Source: Ranitomeya imitator (Eukaryota). Taken from it: 64,000 nt of DNA. Each line of letters starts with the position of its first letter. Positions within the stretch are counted from its first letter, which is position 1. The stretch lies in contig NC_091291.1 of assembly GCF_032444005.1 (NCBI RefSeq), forward strand, positions 100,998,001 through 101,062,000, read 5' to 3'. Below the pieces are notes generated by a model. That model did no database searches. It was not told where the DNA came from and saw nothing but the letters and a program-made list of their open reading frames with translations. The translations under genes and the position numbers were made by a program. Below are positions 22,590-35,267 of this stretch, piece by piece.

Positions 22590-25579
22590 AGTTGGAGCGC
22601 CCCCAGACACAGGGCCACGGGTTCTCGGTACCGGGCCTCTCTGGTTCGGTTCTGAGGCTGTCACAGTGGCTAGACCCGGTCCGCGACCCTGCTAAGGGGC
22701 GTCCAATAAAGGTGATGCAGTCTGTCAGGGGTTCGTGACGCCACCTGTGGTGTTCTGTCAGGGTGACCGACGCTGCTGTGGGGCCCGCTGGGGTGATGGA
22801 ATGGCAGCTGGATGGTATAACTTCCCACAGGTGAAGTATGTCCCCAGGGCTTCCCAGTAAGGTGGATGGTGATAGTGTGGGGTGCAGTCAATAACGAGGA
22901 CACAAGGTTGCAGTCTCTTTACCTCTTTACTGAAGACTTCAGGATCCTCAATCCAGAGCACGTTTAACAGGGCTATCAGAGACAGGCCGGCCTGATGGGC
23001 ACTTACAGAGTTTCCCTCGCAGATGGAAATCGTTGCCCACCACTAGCGCCTGTGTGTTGTAGTTCTACCCTGCTGAGCATTCAGAATAGTCCTCACAACT
23101 GCTGTTCTCGTTCGTTCGTTCTCTACAGCTCTCTATCTCTCTCTCTTTAGTTCCAGATGTTGCTAGTTTCTCGTCCCCCAGTATGTTTTGGCTAGGACGC
23201 ACCCGTATGACGGGAAGGCCTGGAGGTCTTCCGGGACCCTAGAGATGCCCCTCTCCACGCGTTGCCCCCTATGTCTTCTTAGGAAATTTAAGGTAGACAG
23301 CCAACCTATAATTAACTGTCCTGCGGAGTTTGAAGTAAGGCCTAAAGTCAGTTACTCCCGCGGTGTTCCGGCCACTGGCTACGCGCCTCAGTAGGATGTT
23401 GCCTCGGTCTCACGGCACGACTCCTACTGGTACTCCTTTTTGCTTGATCTTGTTTACACTGTTCCACAATATCCTTCGCTTCTTGTCTCTTAGGATACCG
23501 CCGCAAGGTAGTGCAGGTGCGGTTCCGTAACGTTCTATTCTGTTCGCTAGGCACGTGCCAGGTTCCCACGCCTGACAGGGATCCCCCTGTGTCTTCTCCC
23601 TGCAACACCCCCTGCCACGGGATGTTGCCTGAATCCAACCCAGTTAGCTTCTGACTAACTTTCTATCCAACCCCTAGTTTTACCAGTGTGAGGAGGGGCC
23701 CAATAAATAAAGCCTTTTGCTCCTTCTAGTGGCCGGAGTGTGAAGTGTAATGTGTGCTGGTGATACCTGGTCAGGAGAATTCCTTCAGTGCCATCAGACG
23801 TACCATCACTCCTCTTAGTGGCAGAGTGTCATACTGCAACGACCAGGTCTCTGGGGCGCTGCACAAGCAAAACCACGTAAAAAACACAAGCAAAATCACG
23901 TAAAAAACAAGCAAAAATGCATCAAAAGCACAAGCAAAAGAATGTGAAAAACACAAGCAAAAACATGTAAAAAACAAGCAAAACCGCGTAAGAATCACAA
24001 GTAAAATCGCGTAAAAAACACAAGCAAGAACGCGTTAAAATTACAAGCAAAAACATGTAAAAAACAATCAAAAATGCATAAAAAACACAAGCAAAACGCG
24101 TAAAAAACACAAGCAAAACCACGTAAATAACACAAGCAAAGCCGCATAAAAACAAGCAAAAACACATAAAAAATATAAGCAAAACAGCGTAAAAAACACA
24201 AGCAAAAATGAATCAAAAACACAAGCAAAGACGTGTAAAAAAATGCAAGCAAAAACGTGTAAAAAATGCAAGACTGAAAAATCTTCTGCAAATGCTCGTT
24301 ATGTGCACATACTCTAAGGGTCACAATGCGTCCCCATTTACCTATGTTACACGGCGACCTGTGTCGCTGCCAAAATGGTCATCTAGCTCCAGCCTTAACT
24401 AGCCGATCTTATTGGGGGATGCCATGGTCTGCCAGACATTACCCCTCTAGGGAATATATGGCACAACTATTGCATTTTTTTCCCACTTTAACATTCACCC
24501 TATTGGGTAAATATTACATTAATTATTAGTTCAGACACCAAGCAGTGATGCCAAATAAGTTATACTTTTATAATGAAGGCTCCTCTGTGATTGATGTGAC
24601 AAAGACTTTTGGAGAGTTCTCATTAATCTGCCCCGTTATTCGTTGTGTGGCTTAATTACTGTATACTGGGTGCATCGGTTGCAGTTGCTCCCCCAAGCCC
24701 TTTAGCTTAGGGGGCCAAAAGAAGTACAATACTAAATAATGGATTTATTTGGGGAGAGGGATCTTTTCTGCATCTTTGTTTCTTCCTTGAGATTCCTGGT
24801 TTGCCAGGACAGAGGCCATGAAGCCCACATGTCACATCTTCACCTCCTGAAGACATAATAAAACATTCTTTCCTGGCTTTGGTGGGTGGAGGTGGAGGAC
24901 ACACTTTCACACCTCCGTGCTAGCAGGATTCTCAGTCTCATCTGTGTTCTGGGGATTGTTGGCAGCTTTGCTTTGTTGGAAGGGACCCCTGTACAGTTAG
25001 AGGTATGGCAGGGGTCTGTCATGTGTGCAGGGTCAACATGCTCACAGCGCCCCTCATGTAGTTTTTAGGGGGAAAAAAGTGAAATACTTACTACTTTCAT
25101 TTCCAATAGCAGGTCATGCTGGGAGTTGTAGTGCTCTACATATAGAATATAATAGAAAAATATGATAATTTTGAATTGCAAGTTTATTTTGGGAATTATA
25201 GTATTACATGTATAGTGCATAATCAGAATTATATAATAGTTATGTCAAGTGATCAGGCCATGCTGGGAGTTGTACGGTGCATAGAGTATAATGGAATTGT
25301 ACTATGGTATTATTAAGTAATTGAGATCATTCTGGGGATTGTAGTGCTTTCTATATAGTGTGTAACAGAATTGTGAAAAGGATTTGTTGGGGGTTGTGGT
25401 GTTTTAGAGTAATATTTACAGTGGCATGTATAGTTTGGGCACCCTTGGTAATAATTACTGTTATTGTGAACAGTTAAGCAAGTTGAAGATCAAATGATCT
25501 CTAAAAGGCCTTAAGTTAAATATGACACATTTCCTTTGTGTTTTAGGCAAAAAAAAATATATACATAGATATATATATA

Positions 25580-25619
<40 letters not shown>

Positions 25620-25635
25620 TATATATGTATATATA

Positions 25636-26757
25636 TCTGTCGGAGTCCCACAAGGTTCAGTTCTAGGACCCCTGCTCTTCTCCATTTACACCTTTGGCCT
25701 GGGACAGCTCATGGAATCTCACGGCTTTCAGTATCATCTCTATGCTGATGACACACAGATCTACATCTCTGGACCAGATATCACCACTAGATTTCTAAAA
25801 CTTAACATGGACAAAACAGAATTCATCATCTTTCCCCCATCTCACACGACCTCCCCAACGAACCTATCCATTACAGTAAACGGCTGCCCACTCTCCCCAG
25901 TCCCACAAGCCCGCTGTCTTGGGGTAATCCTTGACACTGATCTCTCCTTCAAACCGCATATCCAAGCCTTTTCCACTTCCTGCCGCCTCCAACTCAAAAA
26001 TATTTCACGGATCCGCACATTCCTAAAAAAAGAATCTGCAAAGACCCTAGTCCATGCCCTCATCATCTCCCGCCTTGACTACTGTAACCTTCTGCTCTGT
26101 GGCCTCCCCTCTAACACTCTTGCACCCCTCCAATCTATTCTAAACTCTGCTGCCCGACTAATCCACCTGTCCCCCCGCTATTACCCAACCTCTCCCCTCT
26201 GTCAATCCATGCACTGGCTCCCCATCACCCAGAGACTCCAGTACAAAAGCCTAACCATGACATACAAAGCCATCCACAACCTGTCTCCTCCATACATCTG
26301 TGACCTCGTCTCCCGGTACTTTCCTGCACGCAACCTCCGATCCTCACATGATCTCCTTCTCTACTCCCCTATTATCTCCTCTTCCCACAATCGCATACAA
26401 GATTTCTCTCACGCATCCCCCCTACTCTGGAACTCTCTACCACAACACATCAGACTCTCGCCTACCATCGAAACCTTCAAAAAGAACCTGAAGACCCACC
26501 TCTTCCGACAAGCCTACAACCTGCAGTAACCACCGATCCACCAAACCTCTGCACGACCAGCTCTATCCTCACCTACTGTATCCTCACCCATCCCTTGTAG
26601 ATTGTGAGCCTTCGCGGGCAGGGTCCTCTCTCCTCCTGTACCAGTCGTGAGCTGTATTGTTTAAGATTATTGTACCTGTTTTTATTATGTATACCCCTCC
26701 TCACATGTAAAGCGCCATGGAATAAATGGCGCTATAATAATAAATAATAATAATAAA
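25636..26757 (+). mobile_element. 5'-truncated L2-clade LINE (RT C-terminal part, 3' UTR and (AAT)n tail) inserted in a (TA)n tract
   Basis: [40 protein letters not shown] motifs open to the stop at 26529; tail ggcgctataataataaataataataat. Short in-frame deletion after GPDIT. Confidence 0.9.
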
Positions 26758-27117
26758 TATAGATACAGTATATATATAGATATATAAATATATATTTTCA
26801 TATTTTACATTTTAAAAATTATAAAACGGAAAATGGGCCAATGCAAAAGTTTGGGCACCCTTGTGAGTTCAGATAACTTTGACCAAGGTTTCAGACCTTA
26901 ATTAGTCTGTTAGGTTTATGGCTTGTTCACTATCATCGTTAGGGAAGGCCAGGTGATGCAAATTTCCCAGCTTTATAAAAACCCAGCCTCCTCTAACCTT
27001 GTGCCAAAAAACAGCAGCCATGGGTTCTTCTGGCTGCCTAGCACTCTGAAAATGAAAATGGCGGAGGCCCAGAAATCAGGAGACGGCTATAAGAAGATAG
27101 CAAAGAGTTTTCAAGTT

Positions 27118-27843
27118 AAGGCCCCTTCACATTAAGCGACGCTGCAGCGATACAGACAACGATCCGGATCGCTGCAGCGTCGCTGTTTGGTCGCTGGAGA
27201 GCTGTCACACAGACCGCTCTCCAGCGACCAACGATGCCGGTAACCAGGGTAAACATCGGGTAACTAAGCGCAGGGCCGCGCTTAGTAACCCGATGTTTAC
27301 CCTGGTTACCATCCTAAAAGTAAAAAAAACAAACAGTACATACTTACCTACAGCCGTCTGTCCTCCAGCGCTGTGCTCTGCACTCCTCCTGTACTGTCTG
27401 TGTGAGCACAGCGGCCGGAAAGCAGAGCGGTGACGTCACCGCTCTGCTTTCCGGCTGACCGACGCTCACAGCCAGTACAGGAGGAGTGCAGAGCACAGCG
27501 CTGGAGGACAGACAGCGTTAGGTAAGTATGTAGTGTTTGTTTTTTTTACTTTTAGGATGGTAACCAGGGTAAACATCGGGTTACTAAGCGCGGCCCTGCG
27601 CTTAGTTACCCGATGTTTACCCTGGTTACCAGTGAAGACATCGCTGAATCGGTGTCACACACGCCGATTCAGCCATGTCAGCGGGAGAGCCAGCGACCAA
27701 AGAAAGGTCTGGCCCTCTAGCCCCGACCAACGACATCACAGCAGGATTCTGATCGCTGCAGTGTGTCAAACTAAACGATATCGCTAGCGAGGACGCTGCA
27801 ACGTCACGGATTGCTAGCGATATCGTTTAGTGTGAAGGTACCA
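27118..27843. mobile_element. TTAA-type MITE, family copy 2, inside Tc1 transposase sequence
   Basis: ttaaggccccttcaca...tgtgaaggtaccataa; same internal blocks as 12607-13347. Confidence 0.85.
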
Positions 27844-30800
27844 TAACTCTTTCCTCAGTTCGAAATGTAATTAAGAAATGTTAGTTAACAATGAACAGTG
27901 AAGTTCAAGATAAGGTCTAGAAGACTAAGCAAAATTTCAGTGAGAGCTGCTCCTAGCATTGCTAGAGAGACAAATTAGAACCCCAGCTTGACTGCAAAAG
28001 AAATTCAGAAAGATTTAGTAGACTCTGGAGTTGCGGTACATTGTTCTACTGTTCACAGACACCTGTACAAATATGGCCTTCATGGAAGAGTCATCCTAAA
28101 CACACATCAAAATCCACAATAGACTACCTGAAAAGGCGCAAGTTATATGTTATGTGTAGAGTAATAGATAAGTGCATTATGGCCGTGTACAGTTTAATAG
28201 AATAGAATGATATAAGGATCCTGCCCAGTGGTAAGTTCATACGATGAGCTAAGTCTAATGTCTTTGTAAGTCACTGTATACCTGGTCAGCAGAGTATTAA
28301 GCCCCATACAATGCAGCAGATGTCAGGCAAAACATTCAATTCAGATAGAGATCATCTTCCAAGTCTGCCCTGTTCCCACAGTTATCTTCCTGCTGCTCCG
28401 TGAATCCCTCTATTATATTACCGCCCCAGATGTTAGTGATGTGTCCTCCACAGCTAGATGTGACACACTCCTATTGTCTGTGCCCTCTGTGTAATGCCCG
28501 CTGTGTGTGGGAAAGCCTGGACTGCGGGGGAAGGGCGGCGTCTGCCTATCTACACACCGATTACTGCCTGGGGACATCTATCCATTACTATGTTATATAC
28601 ACTCATATGTTAAATATATTTGTAACAAATAGAAATATATAATTTCTGCAGCTTCTTTCCATACATATGAAAAAAAGACTGGGGTAGGGAGCAATGGAGG
28701 CATTGTGTACTCCACCCAGGCAGACATGTCGACTCACCCCCTTTCCCATGTTTGCAGGGCAGGGTGCTCCCAGCCAAGGTTACGTTGGAGACATCCATAA
28801 AAATCATGCACTATTATCCACTGTCCGTTAGAAAGTCTGTACATTTTGTGTAATGATCATGTTACAGTTCGGTGACTGCGGCTTACGGGTTTAGATCAGT
28901 TATCAAAGCTGCAACCATTTATTACCTATCATTTCTAGGTTTCAATGTGGTTTTCCAATGTATCAGAATAAAATGTTGTCTGTGATTTTCAGATGAATAG
29001 TTCAGAAAAAAAAAAAAAAAACCAAGATGGTAAAATCATGGGACATCAGGGTGCGATCGCTATTTTGGCAAAAAAAGATTCCGAGAACTCTTGAGAACCT
29101 CATCTCTGGTGCCTCTTCTGATTACTACTGACGACCTACGTGGCTGATGGTCAAGGGTCCTGCAAATATTTGTGCTCAAATATAATGCCTATTTCAATGT
29201 ATGGGGAAATCTGGATGAAGCAAGTGCTCAACTGGCAGATATCCAAACCTCCCAACTCTCAAGGATAAATGTGAAGGACATTGTCGGCGGCACGCTCAGC
29301 TCGTCGTGGCACTTATTTTTGACAGCTATGTCTTAGGCTCCTTCACTCATTTGTGCAATTCGGTCCACAATGAACGGACTGGCCGTGAGACTCCTGTCAC
29401 GCTCGTGTCGGGAGTCTCATAGTTCATTGCTATCCAAAATTGGACTAAATTGCACAAACGTCTCAAATAGCCATAACATTGCCTAGTCCTTTATGTGCTT
29501 CCATTAAAATATAGTGCCCCCTAATGAATCCTCTTAATACTCCCACACAGTTATATAAGCCCTTCATGGCCTCCACAAAGTGTGATTCCCCAAAGATACC
29601 CCACCACACATTGATTTCCCCATATTGCCAGTCGTACACACACAGGATAATGCACCCCGAGTGCCTCCCACAAACACTATGGTGTCTGCCCTTCCCACAA
29701 TGATGCCATCCACAAAATATGATGCACCCACAGTCCTCCTCTACACACAGTCTGATTCCCTCAGCATCCCCACCACAGTACGATTGCCCCACATCCCCAA
29801 CTATACATACAGTATAATTCCCCACAATGCCCCCTTCGCACCAGTATGGTGCCCGCCCATTCCATTCTGTACTGTACCTGTTCCCAGCACATGTAGCGGA
29901 ATTATTGCACCCCTGTTCTGCGCCCCAGATGGCACAAGTGAATGGTGGAACATGGAGCAGTTGGCTCCCGGTTCCACCACCGTATTAAGCTGCATACGCA
30001 TCCCAAAGACTCAGATAGCCACTGACCTCCTTGGACAGTGGGGCACACAGCTATCTCAGGTGCATGGTCATCCTCCCATATTGGACATTTATGGCCTATC
30101 CACAAGATATTCCACCAATGGCTGATAGATGCAGGTCCCAAAAGTGCCGTGACTTGCATATACTACCTCTCTAAAAATGTGCCCTGACTCACACGGCTGC
30201 CATGAACAGAGCGGTGGCAGATAGTACATGGGCGTCTACCACTACCGGCACGGAGATGGCACAGTGTTCTTGGAATGGGTGAAGGTCCCTTAGGTGTTTC
30301 CCACACCCATTAGACTGTATAGTATGTCCTGGGAACATTATCCCACTTCTATCCCCTATGGAAAGGATATAGGGAAGACAGAGAAGATAGTACTGTCTGC
30401 TGGACACTGATCTTATCGGTAGGACCAGTCATTGTCTAGAAGCTCAGTTTCTCCAACCTAACCAGTGTGAGAGCTAATGGTTTTCTCTCCTTCCTTTGAT
30501 ATGGAGGTAACATTTGTCACATAGTCTGCTTGGGATAATAGACACACACTTTCACAAGAGGGTGATGCTGGCCTCCTATTACACGCCATAAAAGACAGTT
30601 TCACAGATATTGGGAACAGATAGATCACAGTAAGGGAGTAGAGGCTGAAAGGAATCCATGCACTTCAGTAGGAGCTGAAGTTTTTATCAATGTGATCAGA
30701 TTTTTGTTTCCTGGTAGAAGTTGGGAATAATCTCGCTGTCAACATAGACATCATCATGTCAAGATTATTGGGATCCGTGTAATTATTTTCTACAGACCGT

Positions 30801-30962
30801 TATACTTGGTTCTGATCGGTTTCTCCACATTGTGTTAGCAGCACTCTTTATAAATGAGCGTTAGTATCAGAATTACTGTTTTTACAAGCAGGATGGATTA
30901 AATATACAAGATTGCAAAAAATTATGTTCCCAACCACTTCTGGATGTGATACCAGCAGAACC

Positions 30963-33055
30963 TCTACTAAATAATTGTCTAAGGGTCACTTCCGTCTGTC
31001 TGTCTTTCTGTCTGTCTGTCTTTCTGTCACGGATATTCATTGGTCGCGGCCTCTGTCTGTCATGGAAATCCAAGTCTCTGATTGGTCGCGGCAAAACAGC
31101 CACGTCCAATCAGCGACCGGCACAGTCCGGCGGAAAAATGGCCGCTCCTTCCTCCCCACAGTCAGTGCCCGCTCCATACTCCCATCCAGTCAGCCCTCAC
31201 ACAGGGTTAATGCCAGCGTTAATGGACCGCGATGTAATGCACTCCATATTAACCCTTTGTGACCAACTTTTAAAAAGATCTAATGTTACAAATAATAATA
31301 ATTTTAAAAAAAGGTTATTCTCACCCTCCACCGTCACGCCCTCTCCTCGGCAGTGCAAGCGGCAGGTTCCGGTGGCAAGGATGCTATGCGAGAAGGACCT
31401 TCCATGACTTCACGGTCACGTGACCGCGACGTCATTACAGGTCCTGCGCTCATACGAACCCTGGGACCGGAAGCTGCCGCGTGCACCGCACACAGGCGCC
31501 AGGACTACAAGGGTCCCTCGGAGGGTGAGTATATGTTTATTTTTTATTTTAACTCTTTTTTAACCTGTTACATACGTGTCTGGTCAATATACTACGTGGC
31601 TGGGCAATATACTACGTGACTGGCCAATATACTACGTGACTGGCCAATATACTACGTGGCTCTGCTGTATACTACATGGCTCTGTGCTGTATACTGCGTC
31701 GCTGTGCAATATACTACGTGACTGTGCAATATACTATGTGGCTGGGCAATATACTACGTGACTGGGCAATATACTATGTGGCTGGGCAATATACTACGTC
31801 GCTGTGCAATATACTACATGACTGCAATATACTATGTGGCTGGGCAATATACTACGTGGCTGGGCAATATACTACGTGACTGTGCAATATACTACGTGGC
31901 TGGGCAATATACTACATGGCTGGGCAATATACTACGTGACTGGGCAATATACTACGTGGCTGGGCAATATACTACATATCTGTGCTGTATACTACGTGGT
32001 TCTGTGCTGTATACTACGTCGCTGTGCAATATACTACGTAGCTGGGCAATATACTACGTGACTGGGCAATATACTACGTGGGCTGTGCAATATACTTCGT
32101 GGCTGGGCAATATACTACGTGGGCTGTGCAATATACTTCGTGGCTGGGCAATATACTACGTAGCTGGGCAATATACTACGTGGCTGGGCAATATACTATG
32201 TGACTGGGCAATATACTACGTGGCTGGGCAATATACTACGTGTGTGCTGTATACTACGTGGCTCAGTGCTGTATACTACGTCGCTGTGCAATATACTACG
32301 TAGCTGGGCAATATACTATGTGGCTGGGCAATATACTACGTGGCTGGGCAATATACTACGTGTCTGCTGTATACTACGTGGCTCTGTGCTGTATACTACG
32401 TCGCTGTGCAATATACTACGTAGCTGGGCAATATACTATGTGACTGGGCAATATACTACGTGGCTGGGCAATATACTACGTGGCTGGGCAATATACTACG
32501 TGGTTGGGCAATATACTACGTGACTGGGCAATATACTACGTGGTTGGGCAATATACTACGTGGCTGGGCAATATACTACGTGGCTGGGCAATATACTACG
32601 TGGCTGGGAAATATACTACGTGGCTGGGCAATATACTACATGGTTGGGCAATATACTACGTGGCTGGGCAATATACTACATGACTGGGCAATATACTACG
32701 TGGCTGGGCAATATACTATGTGACTGGGCAATATACTACGTGGCTGGGCAATATACTACGTGTCTGCTGTATACTACGTGGCTCTGTGCTGTATACTACG
32801 TCGCTGTGCAATATACTACGTAGCTGGTCAATATACTATGTGACTGGGCAATATACTACGTGGTCTGGGCAATATACTATGTGGCTGGGCAATATACTAC
32901 GTGGCTGGGCAATATACTACGTGGCTGGGCAATATACTACGTGGTTGGGCAATATACTATGTGACTGGGCAATATACTACGTGGGCTGTGCAATATACTA
33001 CGTGGACATGCATATTCTAGAATACCCGATGCGTTAGAATCGGGCCACCATCTAG
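30963..33055 (+). mobile_element. Non-autonomous Helitron-like element
   Basis: 5' TC start (tctactaaataattgtctaagg); 3' hairpin cccgat-gcgttaga-atcggg followed by CTAG|T at 33052-33056. Confidence 0.68.
31580..33003. repeat. 20-bp minisatellite (atatactacgtggctgggca), about 70 units, inside the Helitron
   Basis: Unit read directly; variants TACATG and TATGTG replace TACGTG. Confidence 0.95.
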
Positions 33056-34039
33056 TCAATATATAATGACCTGTATTCAGTCATTTTGAAAATAGTGAGA
33101 TATTTGACCCTATAGTATATTACAGAGTTTTAGAACCTTATATAATACAAACATTAAAGGGTTGTCCATTCTTCTTGATGAGCGCACCGTCACTTTGCCT
33201 CCAAGCTTCCTGCTTGCTGCTTGCAGTGCATTCCTGACACCACTTTGGACCACGCCACTTGCCCAAACTATGCACTTTTGTCGCTGCATCAGTTATCTAG
33301 GATTCCAAACCATGGCCATGTTTTTTCTCTAAACAGCGCCACATTTGTATTTGTCCTAGTTCTGGACAACATGTTAAACAGGATTTGGAACAAAGGACTG
33401 CAGCAAAGCAATGGGGAGGTGTTTCCCTGCAGACGTACGGTAATTGGATTCCTGATTTTTTAAAGATAATCATAGATATAAGCTTACTGATAGATATGTT
33501 CTTCAATATAAGAACATATTGAATCTGACTCTCTTGCACACAAGTAATGAGTATAAGCGGATGCCTGACAGCTGCAAAGCTCTGTACATCCGAACAATGT
33601 CAATAGTTTAAAACGCAAAAAACAACGAGCATTTCTTCCAAATGGGACAATCGCAATATTTATAGCAATGAATCCATATTTGAGGTGCAGAATACAGAAT
33701 AACTGTAGATATTATAATGAAACTACAAATAAACATAATCTGTATAAAACCTTAATGTCAAAAAAGACAAAAGTATTCTAGGAGTGATACATTTCCTGAC
33801 TAATCAGAAATAATGACATCACGTCTACAATACTTTTTGTCTTGTTTAACATATAGGTTTTGACGAAGATTTATCTGGTACCAAGATATATTTTTGCTTT
33901 GCATCAAAAGAAATAAAATAAATGTACAGATACATTAACATAATCTACAACATTTCTTGCCTGATTAGTACTGTCAGGGTCTGTGTCATCAACAGGACCA
34001 GATGTTCCCTGCCAGTGTCACAGTCTGAGAAAGGGGCTA

Positions 34040-34189
34040 ATCAATTGTGCCCCCTGCAATGTGTCTGATTGGATGCAGAGTGTGAGAACCGCACACAGGA
34101 CCCTGCTCCACACATCATTATACTGAGGGATTGCCCCATATAAAAACCAATCCAGCCACAGTCATCTGTTCCCCAACTGACGGCCATGT
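34040..34189 (+). promoter_or_regulatory. Diverged fifth hes5-type promoter ending in ATG at the edge of an assembly gap
   Basis: ATTGG 34068-34072; RBPJ TGTGAGAA 34081-34088; 16-nt spacer; GCTCCACAC-ATCATTAT 34105-34121 as in the other promoters; TATAAAAA 34139-34146; gccATGt 34186. Confidence 0.72.
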
Positions 34190-34839
34190 NNNNNNNNNNN
34201 NNNNNNNNNNNNNNNNNNNNNNNNNNNNNNNNNNNNNNNNNNNNNNNNNNNNNNNNNNNNNNNNNNNNNNNNNNNNNNNNNNNNNNNNNNNNNNNNNNNN
34301 NNNNNNNNNNNNNNNNNNNNNNNNNNNNNNNNNNNNNNNNNNNNNNNNNNNNNNNNNNNNNNNNNNNNNNNNNNNNNNNNNNNNNNNNNNNNNNNNNNNN
34401 NNNNNNNNNNNNNNNNNNNNNNNNNNNNNNNNNNNNNNNNNNNNNNNNNNNNNNNNNNNNNNNNNNNNNNNNNNNNNNNNNNNNNNNNNNNNNNNNNNNN
34501 NNNNNNNNNNNNNNNNNNNNNNNNNNNNNNNNNNNNNNNNNNNNNNNNNNNNNNNNNNNNNNNNNNNNNNNNNNNNNNNNNNNNNNNNNNNNNNNNNNNN
34601 NNNNNNNNNNNNNNNNNNNNNNNNNNNNNNNNNNNNNNNNNNNNNNNNNNNNNNNNNNNNNNNNNNNNNNNNNNNNNNNNNNNNNNNNNNNNNNNNNNNN
34701 NNNNNNNNNNNNNNNNNNNNNNNNNNNNNNNNNNNNNNNNNNNNNNNNNNNNNNNNNNNNNNNNNNNNNNNNNNNNNNNNNNNNNNNNNNNNNNNNNNNN
34801 NNNNNNNNNNNNNNNNNNNNNNNNNNNNNNNNNNNNNNN
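34190..34839. other. Assembly gap (650 N)
   Basis: Run of n. Confidence 1.
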
Positions 34840-35040
34840 GGCCAAAAAAGTGGAAGACAGCACACCAGGTTTTAGCAAAAATAAAAGTGGACTTTATTAC
34901 GTGGTGCAACGTTTTGGCTTCCAAAAGCAGCTTTTGGAAGCTGAAACATTGCACCACGCCATGTGGGCCCAATAAAGTCCACTTATATTTTTGCTATTTT
35001 TGCTAAAACCTGGAGTGCTGCCTTCCATTTTTTTGGTTCC
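34840..35040. mobile_element. Penelope-like inverted repeat remnant
   Basis: Imperfect foldback centred on tccaaaagc-a-gcttttgga; arms contain caacgtttt / gaaacattg and ctttatt / aataaag. Confidence 0.5.
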
Positions 35041-35099
35041 TGTATATTTGGCAAGTATATGGATTAGTTGCTTGGAGGCCTGTGCACCCATCTAATTAT

Positions 35100-35267
35100 N
35101 NNNNNNNNNNNNNNNNNNNNNNNNNNNNNNNNNNNNNNNNNNNNNNNNNNNNNNNNNNNNNNNNNNNNNNNNNNNNNNNNNNNNNNNNNNNNNNNNNNNN
35201 NNNNNNNNNNNNNNNNNNNNNNNNNNNNNNNNNNNNNNNNNNNNNNNNNNNNNNNNNNNNNNNNNNN
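35100..35267. other. Assembly gap (168 N)
   Basis: Run of n. Confidence 1.

Larger units (their letters stand above)
18440..23863 (-). mobile_element. Non-autonomous LTR retrotransposon (5' LTR 23863-22593, 3' LTR 19697-18440), no pol detected
   Basis: Two LTRs of about 1.26 kb, roughly 97% identical by eye; outer termini TG..CA; 4-bp TSD CAAG (18436-18439, 23864-23867). PBS at 22589-22572 and G-rich PPT at 19706-19698, both on the minus strand. Confidence 0.93.
18380..24270. repeat. A-rich degenerate minisatellite (about 22 bp, caagcaaaa(a)cacgtaaaaaaca) split by the LTR element
   Basis: Units at 18380-18439 continue at 23864-24270. Confidence 0.8.
25419..28142 (+). mobile_element. Internally deleted Tc1 element hosting an L2 fragment and a MITE
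   Basis: TA-cagtggcatgtatagtttgggcaccc start with inner repeat aaagtttgggcaccc near 26846. Transposase remnants GDGYKKIAKSFQV, NPSLTAKEIQKDLVDSGVAVHCSTVHRHLYKYGLHGRV, and DYLKRR. Confidence 0.78.

Noticed and set aside
25522-25635. N-terminal part of the 335-aa ORF (YIYIYI...)
   Set aside because: It is the (TA)n tract and Tc1 TIR in frame with a 5'-truncated L2; not an expressed full protein.
31576-33037. Cluster of WLGNILR/YYVAGQ ORFs
   Set aside because: Translations of the 20-bp minisatellite.
35073-35084. TGG AGG CCT GTG (WRPV) after the gap as a possible end of the fifth hes5
   Set aside because: Not WRPW, no following stop, and it adjoins a Penelope-like repeat; probably chance.
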